Assembly: GCA_049840795.1 (NCBI GenBank)
Contig: JASGJK010000009.1
Coordinates: 48,233 to 112,232 of the forward strand
Direction: 5' to 3'
Length of the DNA stretch: 64,000 nt
Source of the DNA: Paludibacteraceae bacterium
GTDB taxonomy: Bacteria; Bacteroidota; Bacteroidia; Bacteroidales; Paludibacteraceae
A program made the position numbers and the translations under genes. Of the stretch, positions 55,862 to 64,000 are shown one piece after another (position 1 is the first letter of the stretch; every line of letters starts with the position of its first letter). The notes beneath the pieces were generated by a model, which did no database searches, was not told the origin of the DNA, and saw only the letters and a list, made by a program, of their open reading frames with translations.

Positions 55862-58378
55862 TCAAAAAATTAATTGTGCCATCCACGCAACTCCCCAAGC
55901 CAATAACAGAGAATAACTCATAGCGAAAAGTGACCAGCGCCAACTGCCGGTTTCATTCTTTATAGCTACAATGGTGGCTAAACAGGGAAAATAAATAAGT
56001 ACAAAAAGCATAAATGCCAACGCAGTGCCGGGAGTATAAACGGCAACATTATCAACGGTTGTATCCTTCCTCATTCGTTCCGAGAGTGACTGTGTGTCTT
56101 CATCAGAATTGCCTGAATAAAGAACTCCGAGCGTACTCACAACTATCTCCTTTGCCGCAACTCCCGATAGTAATGCAATGCTTATCTTCCAATCAAACCC
56201 GAGCGGAGCAAGTATAGGCTGTACCGTTCTTCCAATGTGACCTATATAGGAGTTTTCAAGTTGTTCTGTATTTTCGTGTTCCGTCGTTACGTTTGTGTGC
56301 TCCGGACGGGGATAATATCCTAAAAACCAAATAATAATAGAGCCTATCAGAATAATGGTTCCCATTTTGCGTAAATATTGCTGTCCCCGAAGCCAAGTGT
56401 GTTTCCACATTGATTTTGCTGATGGGATGCGGTACGGTGGAAGTTCCATAACAAACGGAGTTTCGTCCTTAGAAAAAACAAATCGCTTGAGCAAGCGGGC
56501 AATAATAACCGCCAGCAAAATTCCGGTGATGTACACTGCAAAAAGCACGACTCCCGCATAATGCTGGAAGAAAATTCCGGCTAATAACAAATAAACAGGT
56601 AAACGTGCGCTACAAGACATTAATGGATTGATGAGGATGGTAATCATACGGCTGCCTCTGTTCTCTATGGTACGTGTGGACATTATTGCCGGTACGTTAC
56701 ATCCAAACCCCATAATCATCGGGATAAACGATTTGCCGTGCAGCCCCATTTTGTGCATTATCTTATCCATAATAAATGCGGCACGCGCCATATAGCCTGT
56801 GTCTTCCATAAATGAAATAAAAAAGTAGAGAATCAGAATATTTGGCAAAAAAACGATGACACCACCTACTCCTCCGATGATTCCATCGATAAGTAAATCT
56901 TTTAATGGCCCGGGTGCCATAGTGTTTCGTAATAAACCGCTCAGTAAGCCTACAGCTTGTTCAATCCAATTCATCGGATAATTGCCCAACACAAAAGTGG
57001 ACTCAAACATAACGAAGATGATAAACAAAAAAATGGGGTATCCCCAAAACCGGTGAGTGACTAAACTGTCAATTTTATCGGTGAGAGTGTTGTTTTCCTT
57101 TTTTTTGTTTTCGATGTATGTTTCTTTTAATGCACCGGCTATAAATCCGTATTTTGCATCGGTAATGGCAGCCTCCACGTCCATTTTAAGTTCAGCAGAA
57201 AGCCGTTTAATCTCTTCGTCACGTATCTCAAAGATAGATGCACTGTTTTTTTCGTTGGATACCAATGTGTTAAATTCAGTATCATTTTCCAATAATTTTA
57301 TCGAAAGAAACCGGATTGAGAATTTTGACTGCAAATGAAAATTTTCAGACATAAGTTTGTCTTTCAGTCGTTTGATGCTGTGCTCTATCTCAGTACCGTG
57401 ATTAATATGTATATGCCGTGCTGTTTGGTGTACTTTGTCTTCTCCTTCCAAATCGGAGATCGATTTTTTTTCTCCGTGACGATGGTGTATTTTTATTTCA
57501 TGATGATAATCGTCCAATAGCTTATCTTCCTTCACCGAATTGATTAAAATTCCCTCTTCCGATATAATATGGCTTGATTCATAGAGTTTTATCACACTGC
57601 GAAAAAGTTGAATGACTCCGAATCCGGTTTTGGCAATAACCGGAACAAACGGTGCTCCAAGTAATTTGCCAAGCGATTTATAATCTAATTTGTCTCCCGA
57701 TTTTTGTAGCTCGTCATACATATTCAACGCTACTACCGTTTGCAAGTGCATATCAATCAGTTGTGTTGTCAGAAATAAGTTTCGTTCAATATTGGAACTA
57801 TCCAGCACATTGATAACCACATCGGGCATTTCGCCCAGCAAGTAGTTTCTGACATATTTTTCTTCGGGCGAGTAGGGCGACAGAGAATACGTTCCCGGCA
57901 AATCTACAATTTGGAAATCGTACCCATCTTGATGAAATACGCCGATTTTAGCGCCTACGGTAACACCGCTGTAATTACCGACATGCTCGTGCTGTCCGGA
58001 TGCTATATTAAAAAGAGTTGTTTTGCCACAATTGGGGTTACCTACTAAGGCTATGGTGATTCGTTTGCGTTTTTTGAGTGCAATTTTACGAACGACTTCC
58101 TCTTCAATAAGCGGAGGAAGCGGTTCTTTTTCTACAACTTCTTTTAACGCTTCTTTTTCACTCAAGACTTCAATTAATTCGGCTTCGCTTCTACGCAGAG
58201 ATACTTCGTATCCCATCACACTATATTTGATGGGGTCATTCAGAGGAGCATTTAGTATTGATTGCACAATTTTTCCCTTTACAAATCCCATTTCGATGAT
58301 TCGTTTACGAAATCCTCCGTGTCCATATACTTTTACGATGGATGCCTTTTCGCCGGTCTTTAGTTCAGATAGTCTCAT
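55862..58378 (-). CDS. feoB: ferrous iron transporter, FeoA-FeoB fusion
   Basis: 838 aa. It has an N-terminal FeoA SH3-like domain (LSELKTGEKASIVKVYG), a G-domain (GNPNCGKTTLFN, DLPGTYS) and a polytopic permease domain. Confidence 0.95.
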   Translation of the reverse strand: MRLSELKTGEKASIVKVYGHGGFRKRIIEMGFVKGKIVQSILNAPLNDPIKYSVMGYEVSLRRSEAELIEVLSEKEALKEVVEKEPLPPLIEEEVVRKIALKKRKRITIALVGNPNCGKTTLFNIASGQHEHVGNYSGVTVGAKIGVFHQDGYDFQIVDLPGTYSLSPYSPEEKYVRNYLLGEMPDVVINVLDSSNIERNLFLTTQLIDMHLQTVVALNMYDELQKSGDKLDYKSLGKLLGAPFVPVIAKTGFGVIQLFRSVIKLYESSHIISEEGILINSVKEDKLLDDYHHEIKIHHRHGEKKSISDLEGEDKVHQTARHIHINHGTEIEHSIKRLKDKLMSENFHLQSKFSIRFLSIKLLENDTEFNTLVSNEKNSASIFEIRDEEIKRLSAELKMDVEAAITDAKYGFIAGALKETYIENKKKENNTLTDKIDSLVTHRFWGYPIFLFIIFVMFESTFVLGNYPMNWIEQAVGLLSGLLRNTMAPGPLKDLLIDGIIGGVGGVIVFLPNILILYFFISFMEDTGYMARAAFIMDKIMHKMGLHGKSFIPMIMGFGCNVPAIMSTRTIENRGSRMITILINPLMSCSARLPVYLLLAGIFFQHYAGVVLFAVYITGILLAVIIARLLKRFVFSKDETPFVMELPPYRIPSAKSMWKHTWLRGQQYLRKMGTIILIGSIIIWFLGYYPRPEHTNVTTEHENTEQLENSYIGHIGRTVQPILAPLGFDWKISIALLSGVAAKEIVVSTLGVLYSGNSDEDTQSLSERMRKDTTVDNVAVYTPGTALAFMLFVLIYFPCLATIVAIKNETGSWRWSLFAMSYSLLLAWGVAWMAQLIF

Positions 58379-58395
58379 ATCACCTGTTTATTTTG

Positions 58396-58403
58396 CAAAG
58401 ATA
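58396..58403 (-). promoter_or_regulatory. Bacteroidetes -7 promoter box
   Basis: CAAAGATA on the plus strand is TAtcTTTG on the minus strand. It lies 17 nt upstream of the feoB start. A second candidate, CAAAACTA, lies at 58468-58475. Confidence 0.4.
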
Positions 58404-58747
58404 GCTATTTAGATTTATTCTAAATATAAGAATTTTGTTTTTTTCAAATATACAGTGGTGTTCTTTGCAAAACTATGCTATTGTAAACCTTCACGTCTGT
58501 ATTCTTACTTTTAACTTATTTATATGTAATTTCTTGTGTTTTTAATTTATGTATCTGATTATAGTGATTTTAATTTTGTTCTTTATGCGAAAAAGCTGTC
58601 AAGACTACGCTCCACAATCTTCTCTTTTGATAAAGAGAAGTTCCTGTAGGAGGAAGGGTAGATGACCGTCATTTAACATCAATTGAACTTAAAAGATCAT
58701 CTCTCGGATAATGGTGAATTTAATCAGGGGTCAGTTTTAAAATAAAG

Positions 58748-59021
58748 GGTTTAATCGTTAATCGTGTGAAAGTGAATAAAATTCATCTAAAACAAGTTTG
58801 TTTGTTTTATAAAAATCAAGATATCAGGGCTACGCCCCTTTAATTTACATGAATTATATTCTATAAAGATGTCAGGGCTAAAGCCCCTGATTTGGAATTA
58901 ATTAAGCAGCGTAGCTGTGATATCTTGGTAAAATGCGTAGTAAGAATTAGTTTTTGAGGGGCGTAGCCCTGATATCTTTATAGAGATCAAATTTGTTTTT
59001 CACACGATTAACGATTAAACC
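58748..59021. repeat. 274-bp nested inverted-repeat element (MITE-like or operator array)
   Basis: A perfect 24-bp IR GGTTTAATCGTTAATCGTGTGAAA sits at 58748-58771 / 58998-59021. A perfect 22-bp IR AAGATATCAGGGCTACGCCCCT sits at 58818-58839 / 58957-58978. Degenerate inner copies lie at 58866-58888 and 58905-58926. Confidence 0.8.
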
Positions 59022-59094
59022 AAATAAAAAAAACACTAATGGTTAAATTTTTATAAAATCCAAAAAAACATACGGTTTATAAAACAAACTGATT

Positions 59095-59102
59095 TATATT
59101 TG
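59095..59102 (+). promoter_or_regulatory. Bacteroidetes -7 promoter box
   Basis: TAtaTTTG lies 34 nt upstream of the ATG at 59137. Confidence 0.5.
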
Positions 59103-59136
59103 CATTCGATTTGTAAAATATAAAAAAAGAAGTATT

Positions 59137-59721
59137 ATGGAAGAAAAGAAAATGAATGAGAAAGAAAGTTTAGAACTAATTTCTCAAATGATACAAAACA
59201 CGCAACAAAGAATCAGGAATCACAACGGTATACCGTTCTTGGTTTGGGGATATTTATCCGTTCTTGTTTCACTGGCTGTTTGGTATCTACTCAGAGCTAC
59301 AATGGATTATCGTTGGAATTATTTGTGGTTTCTCATACCCGTATTGGGCTATCCTATAATGATGTTTTTTCTCAAAAAAGAAGAGAAAGGACTAAAAACA
59401 TACATCGATAAAGTTATCAGTTACATTTGGATAAGTTTGGGGATAGCCTCATTAGTGGTAACGGTATCTTCAATTTTCTTTTGGCGATTACCGATATTTT
59501 TCATTATTTTATTGTTGGTTGGCGCCGGTACCACAATGACTGCATTGATTGCAAGATTTAGATTAATGGTTTTTCTCGGTTTTACTTGCTTGTTTTCATC
59601 CGTTTTATGCCTTGTGATAAAAAATGTAAATGTGATATTGGTTTTCGCGTTTATATTTTTGATAATGATGATTATTCCGGGCCATATTCTAAATTTTAGA
59701 AACAAGCAATCCAATGTTTAA
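59137..59721 (+). CDS. membrane protein of unknown function
   Basis: 194 aa with about 5 TM helices and a TAtaTTTG box at 59095-59102. It overlaps the downstream wHTH gene by 8 nt. Confidence 0.6.
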   Translation: MEEKKMNEKESLELISQMIQNTQQRIRNHNGIPFLVWGYLSVLVSLAVWYLLRATMDYRWNYLWFLIPVLGYPIMMFFLKKEEKGLKTYIDKVISYIWISLGIASLVVTVSSIFFWRLPIFFIILLLVGAGTTMTALIARFRLMVFLGFTCLFSSVLCLVIKNVNVILVFAFIFLIMMIIPGHILNFRNKQSNV

Positions 59722-60001
59722 AGAACTTGATCCGCTACTTCATTCTGAACTCAGGCTGGCTGTGATGTCTATTTTAATATCGGTTGAGAGTGCCGATTTT
59801 GTATATATCAAAGAGCAAACCAAAGCCACAGCCGGTAATTTGAGTGTTCAGATAGATAAACTGAGCGAGGCAGGTTATATAGAAGTAGAGCGTGGATTTC
59901 TCGGAAAAAGAACTCGTACTGTGTGTAAAATGACCACTAAAGGTGCCGAAGCATTTAAAAACTACGTAGAAGCGCTTAAAGGATATCTTAATTTGATGTG
60001 A
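59714..60001 (+). CDS. small winged-helix transcriptional regulator
   Basis: 95 aa with LDPLLHSELRLAVMSILISVESADFVYIKEQTKATAGNLSVQIDKLSEAGYIEVE, an ArsR/MarR-like wHTH. It is translationally coupled to the membrane protein. Confidence 0.7.
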   Translation: MFKELDPLLHSELRLAVMSILISVESADFVYIKEQTKATAGNLSVQIDKLSEAGYIEVERGFLGKRTRTVCKMTTKGAEAFKNYVEALKGYLNLM

Positions 60002-60251
60002 TTTTTCATAAGGATAAACTCATTCCCGCATTTTTGTCATTCACATCTCATTTTTTAGTTTTCAAGAAAATAAAATTTTAGTAAATATTTCTGTGATTCT
60101 AATTTTGTGTTACGATATTACTTTTTCAAAAACAAATGAATTAATTATTTCGTTTTTAAAACCAAGTGCAAAATATTATCGTCTAATGTAATATTAATGT
60201 GACATTTTCGTCATAAGTTTAAATGTAATTTCAACATTAAAAAAAGTCTAT

Positions 60252-60707
60252 ATGAAACACCTTGTTTTATGTACATTGTTGTTTTTGTCGATGGCCGTAA
60301 CGGGACAAAAACAAAGTTTAACCGTAAAATTTACCGATGTGCCAAGCAACGATGGTAGATTATCTGTTTTGCTTTTCAAAGGAAAAGACGGGTTTACAAA
60401 TCAAAAACCGTTTGAAACAAAATCGCTTGATGTTGAGAATTTCTCTTCGACGTGGAAATTGGATTCTATCCCGCAAGGAGAATATATTATTTATGCCTTT
60501 CATGATGAGAATGTGAATGGAAAAATGGATGTGTCCGAAACAGGTATGCCGGACGAAGCTTTTGCTTTTTCTAACAATGTGCAACCTAAAATGGGACCTC
60601 CAAATCCGGATGAAATGCTTTTTACCATTAAAGAAAATGAGAATGCAACACAAAACATCAAAATGATATTTATGGGAATGAAAGACCAAGGTGATAAAGG
60701 AAGTTGA
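60252..60707 (+). CDS. DUF2141-like Ig-fold protein with signal peptide (possibly the N-terminus of the following barrel protein)
   Basis: 151 aa with signal MKHLVLCTLLFLSMAVTGQ. It has DENVNGKMDVSETGMPDEAFAFSNN..GPP, as I recall for DUF2141. Confidence 0.6.
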   Translation: MKHLVLCTLLFLSMAVTGQKQSLTVKFTDVPSNDGRLSVLLFKGKDGFTNQKPFETKSLDVENFSSTWKLDSIPQGEYIIYAFHDENVNGKMDVSETGMPDEAFAFSNNVQPKMGPPNPDEMLFTIKENENATQNIKMIFMGMKDQGDKGS

Positions 60708-62838
60708 GGTTGTAGGTAATAAAAAACAGTTTGTAAAGGTAGATGCTGATAAAACAACGTATCAGGTGAGAGACAATACTGCTCTTTCTACCGGCTCAAT
60801 GCGCGACGCCGTGAGGAAACTTCCGGGTGTGGTGTTGAGCCCATCGGGCGATTTGAACCTGAACGGAAAAGCAGTCAGTATTTACATTGACGGTGTTCCA
60901 AGCAGTTTATCGGGGTCAGATTTGAAAACCTATTTGCAAAGCATTCCGGCAACCAACATCGAAAAAATTGAATTGGTTGAAAATCCGGGCGCCTCATACG
61001 AAGCAAACGCTAGCGGCGCCGTAGTAAATATTGTTACCCGAGGAATTGCTACACAAGATATCAGCGGTACGTTGAACTTACATTACGGCACAAGCAATAA
61101 TAATAAGTTTTCTCCTTCACTGATGCTTATCGGTAGAAAAAATAAAGTAAACTGGCAATTACAAACCGGATATAATTGGCATCAAATGCAGCAGGAAAAT
61201 ACGGCAGACCAAACATTTTATTCGTTTGAACCCGATGTGAATTTTACGCACAATTCGGGAAAAGAACACTTAACGCGAAATTTCTATTTTCGCCCGATGG
61301 TTAACTTAAGACTCTCAGAAAATTCCTATATCGTTTTTAATTATAATCTAAATGCGTCTAATGACCAACACAACACACGGTCTGATAATTTTACCACCAA
61401 TTTAGATAAAATTGCCGGATACGAAAAAAACATTAATTACAAAAATGATTTTCAGAATCCGGAGAAGAACACAAACAATGAGTTTGTGATTAAATATAAG
61501 ACAATGCTTGATTCGCTCGGAAAATCGTTGCAAATTACAGGATATTACTCAAACTTCAACAAAAGTGGTTTGGGAAAATCAACTCAAAGAGACGTAGCAA
61601 CTTCCAAATCAATATACAATATCAGTAGTAACGATCTGAATTTGAATAATGCTTACGGAAAGTTTGATTTTGAATTTCCTTTCAAATTTGCAAATATCAC
61701 CACCGGTGCCAAATACAATATTGTGAGTGCTACTAATAATGGAAGATACAATTACGGAACAGAATCTTCGTCAATTTTAACGAGTCCGGTATATACCTCG
61801 GGAATCAATTTTGATTATAACGAACAAAATTTAGCCGCTTATGCCGAAGCACGCAGAAAATTAGGAAACTTATCCGCTACGCTGGGCGTGCGTTTTGAAA
61901 ATTTGCGGTACAAAAGCCACAGTGTATCAGTCAAGGATACTACTATTGAAGATAGGTTAACAAATATTTTTCCCACAGTGAATTTGCTTTACCAGTTTAA
62001 TCCGCAAGTCAATGTTTCAGCAAGATACTCCAGAAAAATATCAATGCCCGCATATAGTCAGTTAGACCCCAATGTGAACGGATATTTAGATACTTATACA
62101 AATGCGTCCGGTAATCAGTCGTTGAAGCCAAATTTCTTCGACAACTATTCGATTAATCTTTCGGCATTCAATTATGCTTCGTTGGGAGGTTACTTACGGT
62201 ATTCAAAAAATATCAGTTTATTGGCTACAGAGGCAGAGCCCAATTCACTAAATTCAAGAATGACTTCTGTGGATTACGAAAATATTAAGATGTACGGAGC
62301 TTATGTAGCTTTGCCCGTTCCATTCGGGATGTTTACAAAAGGAATGGCATTTTTCAAGCAGCCGATGAATCCTGAAAAAATGAGTTATGCTTATGTGTAT
62401 CTTGCTTGTAACTTTAATGATATCAAAGATTATCCGTATCCGGTAGGGACAAGTGGTAAACCTCTGTGGATGTTTAATTTGAATACACACATTGTGTTGC
62501 CGCTCAAACTGTCATTGGATGCTAACTGGTTTCATATGTTCAAAGGAAATTTCCAAATTTATACACTTCAAAAACCAATGAATTTTTGGATGGTTGATTT
62601 GACTCGCAAGTTTATGAATGATCGACTGGAAGTAACTGTTGAAGCATCGCGCAATGTGGTTCAAAACGTAGCGTTTGATGTGCCAAATATCAAAACACAT
62701 TTTACCGAAAGTTATGATGGCACTACATTCTGGTTCAAATTATCGTACCGTTTCGGTAAATTCCAAAGCAAGGAAGAAACTCAGATAGACGTAGAAAAGA
62801 AACAAGTAGAAGGAGGAGGAATTAATTTACGTAATTAA
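60691..62838 (+). CDS. TonB-dependent-receptor-like outer membrane beta-barrel family protein, lacking its own signal peptide
   Basis: 715 aa starting at a GTG. It has a plug-like region (IKEVEVVGNKK..YIDGVPSS..IEKIELVENPGASYEA) and a long barrel ending ..FWFKLSYRFGKF. The frame is closed only 4 codons upstream (TGA at 60679-60681). Confidence 0.75.
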   Translation: MIKEVEVVGNKKQFVKVDADKTTYQVRDNTALSTGSMRDAVRKLPGVVLSPSGDLNLNGKAVSIYIDGVPSSLSGSDLKTYLQSIPATNIEKIELVENPGASYEANASGAVVNIVTRGIATQDISGTLNLHYGTSNNNKFSPSLMLIGRKNKVNWQLQTGYNWHQMQQENTADQTFYSFEPDVNFTHNSGKEHLTRNFYFRPMVNLRLSENSYIVFNYNLNASNDQHNTRSDNFTTNLDKIAGYEKNINYKNDFQNPEKNTNNEFVIKYKTMLDSLGKSLQITGYYSNFNKSGLGKSTQRDVATSKSIYNISSNDLNLNNAYGKFDFEFPFKFANITTGAKYNIVSATNNGRYNYGTESSSILTSPVYTSGINFDYNEQNLAAYAEARRKLGNLSATLGVRFENLRYKSHSVSVKDTTIEDRLTNIFPTVNLLYQFNPQVNVSARYSRKISMPAYSQLDPNVNGYLDTYTNASGNQSLKPNFFDNYSINLSAFNYASLGGYLRYSKNISLLATEAEPNSLNSRMTSVDYENIKMYGAYVALPVPFGMFTKGMAFFKQPMNPEKMSYAYVYLACNFNDIKDYPYPVGTSGKPLWMFNLNTHIVLPLKLSLDANWFHMFKGNFQIYTLQKPMNFWMVDLTRKFMNDRLEVTVEASRNVVQNVAFDVPNIKTHFTESYDGTTFWFKLSYRFGKFQSKEETQIDVEKKQVEGGGINLRN

Positions 62839-62859
62839 CTTATAGTACACATTCAGTTG

Positions 62860-62889
62860 AAAAGGACGGTTGTTGAAGCCGTCCTTTTA
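62860..62889 (+). terminator. intrinsic terminator after the barrel-protein gene
   Basis: Stem AAAGGACGG / CCGTCCTTT is followed by TTTT. Confidence 0.7.
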
Positions 62890-62890
62890 A

Positions 62891-62927
62891 ACTAAAAAAA
62901 TCCTGAGTTTATAATGGCTCAGGATTT
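62891..62927 (-). terminator. intrinsic terminator after pyk
   Basis: A 10-bp stem AAATCCTGAG / CTCAGGATTT has a T7 run on the minus strand (A7 at 62894-62900 on the plus strand). Confidence 0.7.
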
Positions 62928-62931
62928 TTAT

Positions 62932-64000
62932 TTATTTAGAAAGCGTATAATTATCTATTTCGGAAAGTAGTGTTTGGGCGGTATTGATTTCGAGAAAGGT
63001 AGTACCGTAGCCACCGCTGATGGGACCACTCAAATAACAGAGTTTGTCTTCCGGTAAAATAATTTGTCGTTCTATCAAATTTCTCAGCAGAGTGATGAAA
63101 TACGTTTTCTCATTACCAACCAATTCATCTTTGTAGAAAGAATAAATACCGTAAGAGAGCGCCAACTCGCGCGATGCCTGCTCTTTGTAACAAAAAGCGA
63201 TAATCGGGTCGGTTCCGCGATAGGAAGCCAGATAACGAGCAGTTAAACCACTGAATGTGTCGGTGATTATAGCTGCTACATCAATGTGTTTACCGGCTTG
63301 TACTGCGGCATGCGCCAAAAAAGAGGTTGCGTCTCCTTCTTTAAATTCTATCGGAATATCGTTTTCGGGCATTTTGGTTTTTTCTGCTTCTTGTGCAATT
63401 TTTGCCATCGTACGAACAGCCTCTACCGGATATTTTCCGTAAGCTGTTTCACCACTTAACATCAGGGCATCGGTACGATAATAAATGGCGTTGGCAATAT
63501 CATTCACTTCGGCGCGCGTCGGACGCGGGTTTTCAATCATCGAGTGAAGCATCTGTGTGGCAACAATTACCGGTTTGTGCGCTTTTACACATTTTCGAAT
63601 TAGTTTCCGTTGAATACCCGGAATGCGTTCCTGTGGAACTTCAATCCCTAAGTCGCCGCGTGCCACCATCAATCCATACGAATGTTGGATGATTTCGTCG
63701 ATATTGTCCACTCCTTCCTGATTTTCGATTTTTGAGATAATCTTAATCGAACTATTGTGCTTGTCCAATATTTCCTGGATGTCAGACAGATCTTGTTTTG
63801 AACGCACAAACGAGTGTGCTATAAAGTCAAGATTTTGCTCAATGGCAAATAGTATGTTTTCTTTGTCTCTTTCGGTCAACGAAGGAAGATTGATGCGTAC
63901 GCCCGGCACATTTACACTTTTGCGACTGCCAATTTTACCATCGTTAAGTACTTCGCAAACAAGGTATTCATTCTCTTTATTGATCACCTTTAAGTCGATT
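62932..64000 (-). CDS. pyk: pyruvate kinase (N-terminus beyond window edge)
   Basis: It has MVARGDLGIEVP, MLSGETA and a C-terminal regulatory domain. The frame stays open to position 64000. Confidence 0.92.
   Translation of the reverse strand, partial: IDLKVINKENEYLVCEVLNDGKIGSRKSVNVPGVRINLPSLTERDKENILFAIEQNLDFIAHSFVRSKQDLSDIQEILDKHNSSIKIISKIENQEGVDNIDEIIQHSYGLMVARGDLGIEVPQERIPGIQRKLIRKCVKAHKPVIVATQMLHSMIENPRPTRAEVNDIANAIYYRTDALMLSGETAYGKYPVEAVRTMAKIAQEAEKTKMPENDIPIEFKEGDATSFLAHAAVQAGKHIDVAAIITDTFSGLTARYLASYRGTDPIIAFCYKEQASRELALSYGIYSFYKDELVGNEKTYFITLLRNLIERQIILPEDKLCYLSGPISGGYGTTFLEINTAQTLLSEIDNYTLSK

Noticed and set aside
1-64000. tRNA or rRNA genes and known riboswitches.
   Set aside because: Scanning for T-arm-like GGTTCGA(A/T)TCC motifs found only the tmRNA T-arm. 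There are no rRNA-like segments. Leaders upstream of transporters and biosynthetic genes showed none of the conserved riboswitch cores I can recognise by eye.

Overview
The window is a chromosomal segment from a Bacteroidota (Bacteroidales-like) genome. Evidence for that placement: TAnnTTTG -7 promoter boxes upstream of many genes, a tmRNA with the tag GENNYALAA, a T9SS C-terminal sorting domain, a FeoA-FeoB fusion, and a threonine operon that uses a phosphoglycerate-mutase-like homoserine kinase. Most of the ~58 coding regions are ordinary housekeeping genes: tatAC, SulP, zapA, rny, ssrA, thrC, nrnA-like, comEC, rpe, ECF sigma, rlmI, lipid A acyltransferase, folK, sod, skp/ompH, MATE, upp, acyl-CoA synthetase, rpoN, dnaG, proA, ROK regulator plus N-acylglucosamine 2-epimerase, xerD, feoAB and pyk.

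The clear accessory region starts about 350 bp downstream of ssrA, at roughly 8.7-17.3 kb. It is visibly richer in G+C (judged by eye, not computed). It holds a ~7.3 kb, five-module GLUG/YDG/Fn3 surface protein with a T9SS sorting domain. It also holds a conserved 156-aa hypothetical gene and a 42-bp tandem repeat that has a solo copy at the opposite end of the block. Short phased repeat arrays sit in the two control regions, and a membrane-anchored LuxR-type regulator and an IS fragment follow.

Other points worth a second look:
- An orphan Dam-class DNA methyltransferase is wedged inside the thr operon.
- A LiaF-like / transmembrane-LytTR / small-protein module has no kinase partner.
- A 274-bp nested inverted-repeat element lies in the feoB divergent promoter region.
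- A family of short G4/C4 hairpin elements is scattered through intergenic spacers.
- A DUF2141 ORF appears to supply the missing N-terminus of a TonB-dependent-type barrel.

An important caveat: I count at least 13 single-base frame breaks, including breaks in dnaG and rpoN. At least six of them sit at short homopolymers or doublets. Apparent pseudogenes and phase-variation candidates in this window may therefore be consensus errors.
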